IMG/VR virus record: IMGVR_UViG_3300025617_001484 | Location: 1-64,000 of that record | Strand: one strand, 5' to 3' | Source: a virus | Length of the DNA stretch: 64,000 bases | Part shown: positions 1 to 10,276 of the stretch, piece after piece | Position numbering within the stretch: position 1 is the stretch's first letter | Layout of the letters: each line of letters opens with the position of its first letter | Translations under genes and position numbers: made by a program | The notes under the pieces: generated by a model | Database searches by the model: none | What the model saw: the letters and a program-made list of their open reading frames with translations, nothing else | Told to the model about the DNA's origin: nothing

Positions 1-473
1 TTATCAGTACCCCATTTTTCAGCATATATGTCAAAGCACTTCTTCAGATATCCAACCAGCCTATTTTCATTTATTGCAAGAATCAGATCTTTATCGCTTC
101 CTTCCCACCCCTCACAAGAAGCTACAACCTCCTGGAAGGTTACATAGTTAGAATCAGTATCTCCATAAACAACCATAGGCTTGTGGATCTTCTTAACGTT
201 AGTAAGCCCCAACTTATCATGAAGTTCCTTATCCTTGTGCCAGAAGTCGTGGAAGTATTTATGGAGAATCTTTTCAGAATGCTTTATGAGATCCTGTCCT
301 TGAAGGGTTACAGCTTCAGCAACTTCTGGATTAAAGCAAACAAACCAGCTGTTACCAATTGCTCCATAGATGGAATTCATAGTAAGCTTAATAGCTTGCT
401 CTTCGTTTTTAAGCTCATTTTTAAGAGAGGTGAGCCTTTCTATTTTTTCCTTAAGTGCTTGTACTTCGGACAT
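1..473 (-). CDS. gp43B: Family B DNA polymerase, C-terminal subunit (gp43B-like); runs off the left edge of the window
   Basis: Not in the ORF track. Manual translation from ATG at 473 gives MSEVQALKEKIERLTSLKNELKNEEQAIKLTMNSIYGAIGN...PMVVYGDTDSNYV, containing PolB motif B (KxxxNSxYG) and motif C (YGDTDS). Confidence 0.93.
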   Translation of the reverse strand, partial: MSEVQALKEKIERLTSLKNELKNEEQAIKLTMNSIYGAIGNSWFVCFNPEVAEAVTLQGQDLIKHSEKILHKYFHDFWHKDKELHDKLGLTNVKKIHKPMVVYGDTDSNYVTFQEVVASCEGWEGSDKDLILAINENRLVGYLKKCFDIYAEKWGTD

Positions 474-476
474 TAT

Positions 477-1238
477 TTATTTTTCTATGATTCCTACTGC
501 TGTTGAAGTCTCCGTCTGAGAAGAAAAGAATACTATTCGGTTTTCATGAACGTAGCACTCAGAGGACTCTGCATCAACGTAGTTAAGATGTGATTTATAG
601 ATAGAAGCTTCCAATGGATCACCTACAGTAATTTCTGATGGGCCTATATTCAATTTATAGTCAAACGAATCACCATTGATTTTAACCTGCTCCTTGTTTA
701 CCTTATATACAAGCAATTCTTCAGAGTTTGTTTCAAGACCACATAATGACATAACGGATGAGAAGTCTGAATTATAGATGTTGAATTTGGAAAGTGAATC
801 TTCTTTAGAATGAACCATTTCCAATATGTTATCCTCAACATAAGAAAGTAGAGAAAGATCCGCGCATCTAATTCGGATCTTAAGTGATGGAGATACCACA
901 TTCATTTCAGAAGCTAAGCACTCCCCGTCAATTTCGGAAATATTTAGGTCCAAATGAATATCCTCCTCCGGCCTAAAATGCTTAAAACAATCCATCAGTC
1001 TTGTTACATCGATTAGACCGATCTTTACTCGGTCACATCCAAGATCATCAAATTCTGGTATGTCCTCAAAAACCTGATTAATGTCTACTGATGTGTATTT
1101 CATTACAGATTTATCTGGGGTGTGTACCTTACAAAATAATTTTTCGGAACTTAGTTCCAATAAAACGCTCTTATCAACTACCTTTAGCTTTTTCAGAAAA
1201 GAAATAAGATTGCTTGTGCTTGTTACCCTAATTTTCAT
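477..1238 (-). CDS. gp45: Probable DNA sliding clamp (gp45-like)
   Basis: 253 aa and acidic. N-terminal 'LISFLKKLKVVDKSVLL' and 'IGLIDVTRLMDCF' resemble T4 gp45 patterns. Lies immediately upstream of the polymerase subunit. Confidence 0.6.
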   Translation of the reverse strand: MKIRVTSTSNLISFLKKLKVVDKSVLLELSSEKLFCKVHTPDKSVMKYTSVDINQVFEDIPEFDDLGCDRVKIGLIDVTRLMDCFKHFRPEEDIHLDLNISEIDGECLASEMNVVSPSLKIRIRCADLSLLSYVEDNILEMVHSKEDSLSKFNIYNSDFSSVMSLCGLETNSEELLVYKVNKEQVKINGDSFDYKLNIGPSEITVGDPLEASIYKSHLNYVDAESSECYVHENRIVFFSSQTETSTAVGIIEK

Positions 1239-1263
1239 TTACTTCGATTTAACTTTAATCTTC

Positions 1264-1288
1264 TATAATCGATATCTAAATTAATTTC
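1264..1288 (-). promoter_or_regulatory. Bipartite promoter-like motif GRAA-N17-YATR (representative copy)
   Basis: The same 17-nt spacing occurs at 3749..3773, 9673..9697, 23612..23636, 25821..25845 and 26110..26134. Confidence 0.5.
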
Positions 1289-1298
1289 GTCTAAACAC

Positions 1299-1326
1299 AA
1301 AAAATCCCGACGATAGCCGGGATTTA
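1299..1326 (-). terminator. Rho-independent terminator
   Basis: Minus strand reads AAATCCCG-GCTATCGT-CGGGATTT followed by a T tract, downstream of ORF 1348..2319. Confidence 0.75.
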
Positions 1327-1347
1327 TAAAATATTATTTCTGCTTAA

Positions 1348-2319
1348 TTAAGACATGCCTGTAGACCTAATGGTATCTATAACTACTCTTTTAGTTACCG
1401 GGTCTAGCTTCTCCGCCCATTTTCTAACACTTTGAACTTCTGGTGAAGGCATACTAGTTGTTGATGATTTTTCTGGTTTATCTCCATTATTTTTTACTTC
1501 GTTGTTTCCCTTAGCCGCATCTGCATTGAAAGCTTTCGAAGCAAAATTCTCTATGTCCTTAACTATAGACCCAAATGTTTTTCTAGAAGATGGAGGTAAA
1601 TCATTAACAGGTATATCGCTAATTTCACCCTTGACATCTTCTTTCTTACCAATTTCAAAATCTATTTTTGAACCCTGTATATTGTCATTAAGATCTTTTT
1701 CAAGATCTATTATAAGATCGTTGCTTAGAGAAACTGGTTTATTGTCAAACATTTCTGAAAACGTCTTTCCTATCATATCATAGAAAAGCTTTACCTGATT
1801 CCCGATTTCTTCCTTGTAAAAAGAATATGAGCTATTGTCAGAAAGTGCTTCACCAAGACCCTTCATAACATCCTTGTATTGTGTATCTTTGTTAAGTACC
1901 GTAAATTTCTGGATTAATCCTCTTTCTATAGCACTGAATTCATCCCAAACTTTTGGCCAAGCTTCACTCCAGAATGACTCAGGAGTTGCTTTCTTATTTT
2001 CTATTACATTTTTGTCACCAAAACTTATTTGTGGGATTAGATAACCAATAAGAGAAGGGAAAGTCTTCTTTGCAATCCTATTGAAAGCAGCTTTAAAAAT
2101 TGCTCCATCTTGTGATTTTTCAATATTCTTTGCAAAAGCTTCCTTTACGCTTTCGAGCCACGAATCTACAACATCTACTGCAACCTCATAAGGCTTAATT
2201 TTTTCCCCGTTTATATCTATTTCTTTTTCAAGAGGAAGACCGGACGAGTCCCAGTTTACATTAAGATCTTCGTTTAGTGAAAGATAGTATCTCTTGGAAA
2301 AGCTATGTATATTATCCAT
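1348..2319 (-). CDS. Hypothetical protein
   Basis: 323 aa ORF with a GATATATA motif upstream and a terminator downstream. Confidence 0.7.
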   Translation of the reverse strand: MDNIHSFSKRYYLSLNEDLNVNWDSSGLPLEKEIDINGEKIKPYEVAVDVVDSWLESVKEAFAKNIEKSQDGAIFKAAFNRIAKKTFPSLIGYLIPQISFGDKNVIENKKATPESFWSEAWPKVWDEFSAIERGLIQKFTVLNKDTQYKDVMKGLGEALSDNSSYSFYKEEIGNQVKLFYDMIGKTFSEMFDNKPVSLSNDLIIDLEKDLNDNIQGSKIDFEIGKKEDVKGEISDIPVNDLPPSSRKTFGSIVKDIENFASKAFNADAAKGNNEVKNNGDKPEKSSTTSMPSPEVQSVRKWAEKLDPVTKRVVIDTIRSTGMS

Positions 2320-2337
2320 TAATATGATATTTTTCCT

Positions 2338-3723
2338 TTATATATCACCTTCATCATCTTCTTCATCTTCTACCAAATCAAAAACCTCTATCTCTGGGTC
2401 GACAGAGATTTCCTTTGGTACTATAGATTTTGGTATAAGGGAAGCTGATTTTGTCTTCTTAATCTGTGCTGTTACCTTTTTAACAACTGCACGTTGTTTT
2501 GTAATTTCTTTCTTAACCCCTCGTATTCTATTCTTGATTTCCTTAATCAGATCCTCTGTTTCCTTTATGTGGTCCGAAGAAAGCTTTACAATCTGTATGG
2601 AAGAAAGTTTCTGTGATATCCATTTAGCGTATTTAGAAAGGAATTCAAGGATTTCATTATTCTGTCTTTTTTTCTGGCTCATGAATATCAGGAATTTAAG
2701 CTTTGCTTCAAGAAATTCTAGATCCAGAGTTAGATCAACCTCGTCTTTCATAAGTCTTTTAAGTCTAACATTTTCTAAATGAATTCTAAAAGAATCTAGA
2801 TAAGACTTGACAGAATCGAACTGAGCAACTGATCCATCTTTAATGAAAACTATATTCTCCCTTACAGCTATCTGAGTTTGTTTTTTTATTAGATCAACAG
2901 CATCCTTAAAATCTTTGGGTGTCAGCTTTTTGAGGGAAACACTCACGTCACATTTACTCTGGGAGTTATTCTGCATGTAATAATCATACTCGTTATACTC
3001 CAGCTTAGATATCAGCTTCTTCATAAAAGAATCATATCTCATAATAGGAGGTAAATCAAATATTCTAATCAGCTTCTTTTTCTCATTAACTTCAAATCCA
3101 CTCTCTATAAGCCAGGAATCTTCAGAATCCAGTTTATAGATCTTGCCATTGAAATCCTTAAAATAAGGCTTGAGAAGTTTGTTCTTACCCTCTAGATATT
3201 CCACGATATCTTCCATTTTTCTAGGAAGTATGTTACTCCTGTACCCAACAGCAATACCAACAATGTGTGTCAGAAGACCCACAGGAATTTCAAGATGTAG
3301 CCAGTCATATCCACCCTCCTCGTTTTTTTCGTTAAGATCCCTATGCTTCTCTACAATTTCTTTGACACTCTTGTTGATCTTAACTGCTGTGTATCTGGGA
3401 GCTGATGGATTGGGGTTAACTGGGGATCCGAAAAATCCATCACCCTCAAGTATTTCAAAAGAACATCCAAAAGGTCTAGCTAATTTTGAAATAGCACCGG
3501 AAAGAGAAGAATCCCCGTGGTGATATAGACCTGTTCTGATAACTTCTCCAACAAGACCTATAGTCTTGTTAAAAGAATTTGGACTGTTTTCTATAATTAT
3601 TCTCTGTACTGGAGTGAGTGAATCGTAAAAATTTGGAATCCCTCTAGATTGCAAAACATATAGGGCATAATCCCTATATTTTTGGTTTATCTGATCTGTA
3701 ATGGTTAATGTATTCGACACCAA
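2338..3723 (-). CDS. gp52: DNA topoisomerase II, GyrA/ParC-like subunit (gp52-like)
   Basis: Motifs SRGIPNFYDSLTPVQR, YHHGDSS, GDGFFGS and SAPRYT (catalytic Tyr), plus GIAVGY. Confidence 0.93.
   Translation of the reverse strand: MVSNTLTITDQINQKYRDYALYVLQSRGIPNFYDSLTPVQRIIIENSPNSFNKTIGLVGEVIRTGLYHHGDSSLSGAISKLARPFGCSFEILEGDGFFGSPVNPNPSAPRYTAVKINKSVKEIVEKHRDLNEKNEEGGYDWLHLEIPVGLLTHIVGIAVGYRSNILPRKMEDIVEYLEGKNKLLKPYFKDFNGKIYKLDSEDSWLIESGFEVNEKKKLIRIFDLPPIMRYDSFMKKLISKLEYNEYDYYMQNNSQSKCDVSVSLKKLTPKDFKDAVDLIKKQTQIAVRENIVFIKDGSVAQFDSVKSYLDSFRIHLENVRLKRLMKDEVDLTLDLEFLEAKLKFLIFMSQKKRQNNEILEFLSKYAKWISQKLSSIQIVKLSSDHIKETEDLIKEIKNRIRGVKKEITKQRAVVKKVTAQIKKTKSASLIPKSIVPKEISVDPEIEVFDLVEDEEDDEGDI
2339..2346 (-). 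promoter_or_regulatory. Late-promoter-like motif GATAWATA (representative copy)
   Basis: The same octamer lies a short distance upstream of start codons at 4893, 10296, 11132, 20045, 21545(+), 25819, 26701, 30482, 39015, 39565, 43726, 59185 and 63755. It resembles the T4 late promoter TATAAATA. Confidence 0.65.
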
Positions 3724-3776
3724 TGTTTATTTTTTTAGACTCTAGTTCTATAAAATAAGGTGAGGTTTGTTTCTAT

Positions 3777-4877
3777 TTAGGAGAAAGAACTTCCTATATC
3801 ATCCATCTGAAGGAGAGCAACTTTTATTTGTCTCTGTCCGGAATTTTTGACCTTATTTACTACATTTTTAAAGTCATTCCCGTTAGCAAAGACCAGACAT
3901 CCTGCAGACCAGGTGTTTACGTTTAAAGAGGTTCCTCTCGAACTAGATCTGTGTACATTTATACCAAAACGTCCTCTTTGCGTATTTCCAGGTGAGAATG
4001 TGTTAAACTTTGCTCTATTTGGAACTTCCACTGGTTGGTATCTATCTACCTCTACGTTTCCATCCTGTACAAATGCGGTATATCCATTATGGGTACCAAT
4101 CTTGTAGTCGTAAACACCAGGTTGAACTATTGCCACCCCTTTCGGATTTATAGTTTGCTTTAGTCCTGTTGAAAGATACCAATTTCTAAATGGCTGAACC
4201 ATAAACATGGGTCCAGGAACTGTAGTTGCAGGGTAAGGCCAAACTTTTTTGTCCTTTTCTGGAGACATGAGAATAATCAAATCAACAAAGTGGTTTGAAG
4301 AATTCTTTTTAACCCTTAGATAATTTCTCAATGCAACAAGTGTGTATTTACTTTTGTCGATCTTTCTCCATTGGTTAACATCAGTTAATGCTTTTTTTAA
4401 AGAATCCCAGGTTATATTATCCTTGTTCTTGAAAGAATAGGGTTTACTAGATGGAAGGAGTGAAGCGTCTGGTTCAATAACAGCTTTTTTATTCCCTTCA
4501 ATGGACCTTATCTCCTCCACATTACTGTCAACCTCATTCCTTAGCTTCCTATTAGATCTGATCCTGGAAATTATTTCTTCCGCGGGTTCGGGAGAATCAG
4601 AAGGTTTCATTTCACCGGTTGATGCTAATAAATAATCCTCCAACGACTTACCTACTTTAGTTGCAAGGAGTAAATCGAGACCTGTCATATTTTTAACATC
4701 AAATAGATCAGAACTTGATGTAGGAGTTGTCGAGTAATCTGGAGAGCTTGTCTGTGTTGCTGAAATCTGCGATCTTACAGCAGCTGCCTGTTGTAAAGCT
4801 TTAGAAACTAATCCAGCAGCTAATGATTCGTTAACATCATTATTAAATTCATCAAAACTTTTTAGATTCTTACCCAT
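3777..4877 (-). CDS. Putative peptidoglycan-active protein with an L,D-transpeptidase-like C-terminal domain and a capsid-targeting-like leader
   Basis: C-terminal GINVH-x12-WSAGC resembles the His...S-x-G-C catalytic motif of the YkuD fold. N-terminus is MGKNLKSFDEF...NE. Confidence 0.5.
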   Translation of the reverse strand: MGKNLKSFDEFNNDVNESLAAGLVSKALQQAAAVRSQISATQTSSPDYSTTPTSSSDLFDVKNMTGLDLLLATKVGKSLEDYLLASTGEMKPSDSPEPAEEIISRIRSNRKLRNEVDSNVEEIRSIEGNKKAVIEPDASLLPSSKPYSFKNKDNITWDSLKKALTDVNQWRKIDKSKYTLVALRNYLRVKKNSSNHFVDLIILMSPEKDKKVWPYPATTVPGPMFMVQPFRNWYLSTGLKQTINPKGVAIVQPGVYDYKIGTHNGYTAFVQDGNVEVDRYQPVEVPNRAKFNTFSPGNTQRGRFGINVHRSSSRGTSLNVNTWSAGCLVFANGNDFKNVVNKVKNSGQRQIKVALLQMDDIGSSFS

Positions 4878-4908
4878 TACGATGGTTTATTCTATTTATC
4901 TAGAATCA

Positions 4909-5250
4909 CTAAGAATTCCTATCAAATGAAAAGAAAAATACCACGAGTGAGTTAATCAGAACGCTAATTCCACTGTTTAAAAATCCATAACCAATCACAG
5001 TAATTGCTGGACTAATCCAAATGTTTTCTATATCGAATAAGGAATCTAGAGGATGATAAATTAAGCCACTCACTGACAACAAACCTATCACAACACCAAC
5101 CCAAAATCCGCTACACTGCATACAAGAAAAAAGTTTGTGCAAGATTGGTTTTTTTACGAGCAAATAAATTCTTAACGGATCAAAAATACTACCGTTGACG
5201 AGGATCGAGGTAATCGACCATCCTATAATTAGATAAAATAAATCTTTCAT
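4909..5250 (-). CDS. Small membrane protein, DUF1360-like
   Basis: Hydrophobic helices with the CMQCSGFWVG (CxxCxxxW) motif. Confidence 0.55.
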   Translation of the reverse strand: MKDLFYLIIGWSITSILVNGSIFDPLRIYLLVKKPILHKLFSCMQCSGFWVGVVIGLLSVSGLIYHPLDSLFDIENIWISPAITVIGYGFLNSGISVLINSLVVFFFSFDRNS

Positions 5251-5256
5251 GTGTTT

Positions 5257-6282
5257 TTAAAATTTTTCTTGGTAAGATTCTATAAATTTTCTTTGATCTG
5301 GGGTCAGGTTTTTAGGTACTTTAATTCCCATCTTAACCAATATATCACCACGATAATTAGAATTGAATTCTGGGATTCCCTTTCCGGCTAATCTGAAGAT
5401 CTTACCTGGTGTTGTACCCCCGGGTATAGTTATCTTATACTCTCCTCCGGAAGCTAAATTGGGTATGGTTATTTCTTTTCCCAGACATGCCTCAGGGAAG
5501 GTTAGATCTACATCACAAATTAGGTTAAATCCATCCCTCCTATAGAAGTCATGCTTCTTGTCATAGACATTCACAACTAGATCTCCTGGATCCGAAGGTG
5601 CTTTAGCATGATCTCCTTTCTGTGGAACCCTAAAAGTAATTCCGGTAACAGATCCCTTTGGTATTTTTATTTCAATCTGGTCTGGTTTTCTAATTACACC
5701 AGATCCCTGACAGGGGTTACATTGGGACTTTGGCAATTTACCAACACCCTCACAGGCATAGCAGGTCTCGTCCATTGCCATCTGACCAAAATTTGTGTTA
5801 ACTACCCTTCTCTTTACTCCCATACCAGCACAGACGTGACAGGTGTCAAGATCTCCATTATGTGCACCTGTTCCTTTACAGTCAGAACATTGCATCTTCC
5901 TGTATAAATTAGCATTCTTTGTGGTTCCATTAATGACTTCCTCAAGAGTTATCTCAACCTTTGCATTAATGTTATTGCCCTTTTTAATGACCTCCCTTTC
6001 ATGGAATCCGGACCCATGAAACCCACCACCACCAAAGGGGTTAAATCCCTGATTAAATCCAAATCCACTAAAGGGATCCGGTGAATCATATTTGGATTTC
6101 TTATCTGGATTACCTAATATTTCATAGGCTTCTGCAATCTCCTTGAATTTAGTTTCGTATTCCGCATTACCACCAGACTTATCTGGATGGTATTTTAGAG
6201 CTAGTTTCCGATAAGATTTTTTGATCTCCTCTGGTGATGCATCTCTGCTAACGCCCAATATTTTATAATAGTCTGGCTTCAT
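5257..6282 (-). CDS. dnaJ: DnaJ (class I) co-chaperone
   Basis: J domain with HPD, a G/F-rich linker, four CxxCxGxG repeats and the C-terminal domain. Confidence 0.96.
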   Translation of the reverse strand: MKPDYYKILGVSRDASPEEIKKSYRKLALKYHPDKSGGNAEYETKFKEIAEAYEILGNPDKKSKYDSPDPFSGFGFNQGFNPFGGGGFHGSGFHEREVIKKGNNINAKVEITLEEVINGTTKNANLYRKMQCSDCKGTGAHNGDLDTCHVCAGMGVKRRVVNTNFGQMAMDETCYACEGVGKLPKSQCNPCQGSGVIRKPDQIEIKIPKGSVTGITFRVPQKGDHAKAPSDPGDLVVNVYDKKHDFYRRDGFNLICDVDLTFPEACLGKEITIPNLASGGEYKITIPGGTTPGKIFRLAGKGIPEFNSNYRGDILVKMGIKVPKNLTPDQRKFIESYQEKF

Positions 6283-6292
6283 GTATTATCCT

Positions 6293-6640
6293 TTAGAAAG
6301 AGGATTTAAGCCATTCTCGAATTACTATTTCTTTCCCTCTATCAGACTCTGGAATTTCATTCCACTTTAATTTAAGATCAGACTTTAGAGAAACAATCTC
6401 ACCACAGATTTCGTATTTTTCTTCTCTCTCCCAATAAGAAACCATTCTAAAACAAAAATCGTCTATTTTTTCCTCATTGTCGAAAATATAGACGAAGTCT
6501 TCGGATTGCAATCTAAGAGCATTTAGAAAAAGATCCTGTACCGCTCTTTCAACATGACATTTCAGAATATCATATTGTGGGTGATCGTTAAATGACGAAC
6601 CCCAATCAGAGAAGTGATAGTTTCCGGGACTTATATTCAT
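6293..6640 (-). CDS. Hypothetical protein, possible UVR-like helical motif
   Basis: 115 aa ORF in the operon; 'EREEKYEICGEI' is weakly UVR-like. Confidence 0.55.
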   Translation of the reverse strand: MNISPGNYHFSDWGSSFNDHPQYDILKCHVERAVQDLFLNALRLQSEDFVYIFDNEEKIDDFCFRMVSYWEREEKYEICGEIVSLKSDLKLKWNEIPESDRGKEIVIREWLKSSF

Positions 6641-6647
6641 ATTTTTA

Positions 6648-6899
6648 TCAAGAGTCTAGAAATCTATATATCTCTACATAAATCTTTTGATCGGTTAAAT
6701 CCAGAAAATCGATATTAAGTTTTTCCATTACGATCTTCACTTTCTCTTCTCCGAAGTGAGAAAAAAGAACCTCTTTTTTAATTTCAGCCTCCATCTCATC
6801 GTCCCTTCGGTACTTAACATTCGAATCTTTCAGGTCGAGTATTGTTTTTTCAAACTCGGCAAATTGTTTCAAATCATCTTTCGTTAGCTCCCTAGACAT
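6648..6899 (-). CDS. Hypothetical protein
   Basis: 83 aa ORF packed against uvsE. Confidence 0.55.
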   Translation of the reverse strand: MSRELTKDDLKQFAEFEKTILDLKDSNVKYRRDDEMEAEIKKEVLFSHFGEEKVKIVMEKLNIDFLDLTDQKIYVEIYRFLDS

Positions 6900-7831
6900 A
6901 GAATTTGTTCAATATTATGGTGATAATCCAAAAGGGCTTTATCCTTCATTTTTACCTCCAATTCTATATCAAAGTCAAATCCATATGTTTCGATCCTCTG
7001 GTGTATCCAATCGGAATGTGCAAGATCTTTTGCACTGCCATCTTCGAAGAGAGAACGAGATTCTGAAAAGTGAGTCAAGGGAGTTATTCCAGAAGGCCAA
7101 GTATCCAAGCATATCTTCAAAGATTCCTTTTCTGTTAATCCCTCCGGTGGGTTGCAAAGATTGTGTAGATAATCAAATGTTATTGGAACACCAACAACAT
7201 CATAAACCATAGACTTTAAATCTACCGAAGTATATTGGGACTTTTTATCATCTATCTCAACAACCAGTCTTTTTTTGGTAGATTCGTTTAGCTCAAGAAA
7301 ATTTTCACAAAACCTGGCTGCAGCTTCCTCTTTGGAGGGCTGTGTTGTATTCACGTGGATATTGATAGGGTAATAATGGTTTGCTGGAAGACCCATTAGA
7401 TCCATTATTTCTGAATGCTGCCTAAGTTCTTTAAAAGATTTCTTTACTACATCTTCTCTGAGAGAAGCCAATACCGAGTATGGAGAAGGATGGAAAGTAA
7501 TTCTTTGGTTTGTAGACATTGCTAGATCTCCGCATTCTTTAAGTACTTTACTTATCTCTTCGAAATCAGGAAGATCTGATATCTCATACTCAGAAAACCA
7601 CGGAAACATATCTGAGCTCATTCTATACATCAGTATGTCATTTTCAGAATTCCATTGGATAATCTTCTTTAAATCAAGTACATTCTGTAAAGCAAGATCT
7701 GAAGCATATCCAATACCCCTTTCCAGGAAGGTTCTCTTAACCATCGATCTGTTAGTGGTAACTCTATTTTTTTTACTCACCCCTTCGCTGAGTGATAAAT
7801 TTATACAGCAATATCCAAATTTTCTTGACAT
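6884..7831 (-). CDS. uvsE: UV-damage endonuclease (UvsE/UVDE)
   Basis: Motifs GYCCIN, YRMSSDMFP, RITFHP, INIH, RLVVEIDD, FDYLH, HFSES, AHSD and ELEVKMKD. Confidence 0.93.
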   Translation of the reverse strand: MSRKFGYCCINLSLSEGVSKKNRVTTNRSMVKRTFLERGIGYASDLALQNVLDLKKIIQWNSENDILMYRMSSDMFPWFSEYEISDLPDFEEISKVLKECGDLAMSTNQRITFHPSPYSVLASLREDVVKKSFKELRQHSEIMDLMGLPANHYYPINIHVNTTQPSKEEAAARFCENFLELNESTKKRLVVEIDDKKSQYTSVDLKSMVYDVVGVPITFDYLHNLCNPPEGLTEKESLKICLDTWPSGITPLTHFSESRSLFEDGSAKDLAHSDWIHQRIETYGFDFDIELEVKMKDKALLDYHHNIEQILCLGS

Positions 7832-7871
7832 GTGGTAAACTTAAGAAATTGTTCCTGCTATAAAAAACGAA

Positions 7872-9650
7872 TCAGGAGAAAGTTGACAACCAAACTTTCC
7901 TAGCTTCCGAAGATTTACCAAATGCCATCTCTAGCATTACATTGGATTTTCTATCCTTTACTATTTGGGTTATCTTCTTATTTTTCATAACATGATCCCA
8001 GTCCTCTAGAGACAGTGATCCGAGACCCTTCAAATACCTTACATTCGATATTCTTTTTCCCTGACTTTTAGACTTGAATTCATCCAAAGAATAGTAATAT
8101 GACTTGTTCCTCTCCCCGGTGGAAACCAAAGGAGTTTCTAGGAAACTTAGTCTTTTGTTTTCTACTATCCATGGGAACCACTTAAAGAATAGGTTTATTA
8201 GAAGAGAAGTAATGTGGGCTCCATCAGGATCCTGATCTGTTGCAATCACTATATTGTCATATGGACATGCTAAATCCGGTCTCTCTGGATCTAAATTAAG
8301 TATCTGCATTAACTCTAGTATTTCCTTATTGTCCGCCAGATCTGATAAGCTTCTGGCATTCTTTATCTTACCCTTGAGTGCATATACGCCATCTCTAGAT
8401 GGATTTCTTTTCTGTAAAATAGATCCCATGGCACTTAGACCTTCCACTATGAATAAATTTTCTGCGTTCCTTGACGTAGGTGGAAAGTACTTGTGTGAAA
8501 ACTTAATTCTAACATTCTTTTTCTCTTTCCTTATCTTCTTAAGATTGGCATCCCTCTTTCTAGCTTCAACCTCTTTTTTAATCTTTTTGAAAAGGGGGGT
8601 TGTGAAGAACCTTTTTAGAGATCCAGAAAAGCTATCTAATATAATAGATTCGACATCCTCTCTCCTAGTAACAAATTTAGTTTTATTTTGATCTCCAAAC
8701 TTAACCAAGACCGGAGGAAGGTTTAATATCAAACAAAAATCATAGAAATGGTGGGCAAGTGAGTCATCCAGTACTCCATTAATCTGATCCATTACTATTT
8801 TCTGGTGTATACCAGTACACATTGCAGAATTGACGAATGAAAAAGAACCGGATCCCTCCGTTTTTTCCCAAATTAAAAGTTCGCCTATTTTAGTTTTGTA
8901 CGAGAGTTGTTTAAAAATAGATGTATCGACTGGAATTTCCTTGCCATCCCAAATAAACTTAATTTTTATTCCCTTGGTGTTTGGCTCCGTTTCAAGTACC
9001 CTTTTTTTCAGTAACAACTGAGAAAGTAGAATTTCCTTATTCCATTTACAATTATCAAATATGTCTGGTAGTGGGGTGAAACTTACAGATGTACCCAGTT
9101 TATTTCTTCCTCTCTTTAGGACTTTCGGTTTTGCTGCTTTGAACTTATTCCATTCCTGATAATAATATTCCTTTGAATTGGTGGTTTCAACAGAAAAGAA
9201 GCTAGACATAGCATTAACTAAACTTACACCCATACCGTTTGTACCAATAAGGGTTTCTGCTACATCATCATTATCAAAGTTAGAACCAGCTCTCAACATA
9301 GATACTGCGGTTGCGATGTTGCTCATTCCACTTTTCTTGTTGATTGTAGATCCATTTATAAAACCCTCACCAGAGTCGGTAATCTTTATGTTATTGATTT
9401 TCGAGTTAACCTCCACTGTTATAGAATCCATAGACTTTTTCATCCTTTTTGCTTCGTCTATGGAATTGGAAAAAACCTCGTCAAACAATTTGTACATACC
9501 AACCGATATTTGGTGGGAGGTCGATAGTATTTTGTCGCTTTTTACTATTGGAATCTGTTCTTCACTCAATTTAACAGATCCCACGTAAATGGTTGGTCTT
9601 TTTAAGATGTGTTCAAAATCAGAAAGTACCTGGATATCTTTAGTTGCCAT
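7872..9650 (-). CDS. gp39: DNA topoisomerase II, GyrB/ParE-like subunit (gp39+gp60 fused)
   Basis: GHKL motifs (EVFSNSIDE, DSGEG, GTNGMG) and TOPRIM motifs (EGLSA, ATDQDPDG), plus RYLKGLGS. Confidence 0.95.
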   Translation of the reverse strand: MATKDIQVLSDFEHILKRPTIYVGSVKLSEEQIPIVKSDKILSTSHQISVGMYKLFDEVFSNSIDEAKRMKKSMDSITVEVNSKINNIKITDSGEGFINGSTINKKSGMSNIATAVSMLRAGSNFDNDDVAETLIGTNGMGVSLVNAMSSFFSVETTNSKEYYYQEWNKFKAAKPKVLKRGRNKLGTSVSFTPLPDIFDNCKWNKEILLSQLLLKKRVLETEPNTKGIKIKFIWDGKEIPVDTSIFKQLSYKTKIGELLIWEKTEGSGSFSFVNSAMCTGIHQKIVMDQINGVLDDSLAHHFYDFCLILNLPPVLVKFGDQNKTKFVTRREDVESIILDSFSGSLKRFFTTPLFKKIKKEVEARKRDANLKKIRKEKKNVRIKFSHKYFPPTSRNAENLFIVEGLSAMGSILQKRNPSRDGVYALKGKIKNARSLSDLADNKEILELMQILNLDPERPDLACPYDNIVIATDQDPDGAHITSLLINLFFKWFPWIVENKRLSFLETPLVSTGERNKSYYYSLDEFKSKSQGKRISNVRYLKGLGSLSLEDWDHVMKNKKITQIVKDRKSNVMLEMAFGKSSEARKVWLSTFS

Positions 9651-9698
9651 TAAAGTTGTTATTTGGTTTTTATATGATCTTTATTGAATATAATTTCA

Positions 9699-9724
9699 CA
9701 AAAAAAGCGGGAGGACCCGCTTTA
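9699..9724. terminator. Rho-independent terminator, possibly bidirectional
   Basis: AAAAGCGGG-AGGA-CCCGCTTTT hairpin flanked by A and T tracts. Confidence 0.75.
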
Positions 9725-9745
9725 TATTGTTTTTATGGTTTTATT

Positions 9746-10276
9746 TTATTCACCAGCAGGATCGAAGTAAATCTCTTCGATCTTAATAGGTAGAATCTTT
9801 GCCTCATACCCTTTATCCTTAAGTGATGCTGGGATACCAATAACGTAATCCTTACCCTCTATGTTTTCTATTCTATCAACTATGAATTCAGAATCGAAGA
9901 AGATAGTTCTTTTGTCTCCAAACCTATTTAGGTCAAAGTCAAAGTCTTTTGGGTCTTCACTACCATCTATTTTTTTCCCGATAGTTGACTTATACTGTCT
10001 TGCAAGTCTTTCTCTCTCCTTGTTGATTATATCCTGAACGTAGTCAGGAGCACCCTTTCCTTGTGTTGGTACGTCAGCTATGATTGTGATACTTTCAATT
10101 TGTCCAGACTCCTTCTGTGCAAGCATATCCCTCAAAGCAGGAATTACTTCAGAATATTTAAGTTCCATCTCTGGTCTTATATTAACATTCTTTCTAAACT
10201 TGCTCTCGTCATAAACTAGCGTAGCAGCTTCGTTTAGAGATTTACTAAATTCTTCGTATAATTTTAGGTTATTCAT
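9746..10276 (-). CDS. Hypothetical protein with a capsid-targeting-like leader
   Basis: Starts MNNLKLYEEFSKSLNE; GATATATA motif upstream. Confidence 0.7.
   Translation of the reverse strand: MNNLKLYEEFSKSLNEAATLVYDESKFRKNVNIRPEMELKYSEVIPALRDMLAQKESGQIESITIIADVPTQGKGAPDYVQDIINKERERLARQYKSTIGKKIDGSEDPKDFDFDLNRFGDKRTIFFDSEFIVDRIENIEGKDYVIGIPASLKDKGYEAKILPIKIEEIYFDPAGE

Noticed and set aside
183-506. Plus-strand 107 aa ORF
   Set aside because: It is the antisense shadow of the DNA polymerase C-terminal subunit on the minus strand.
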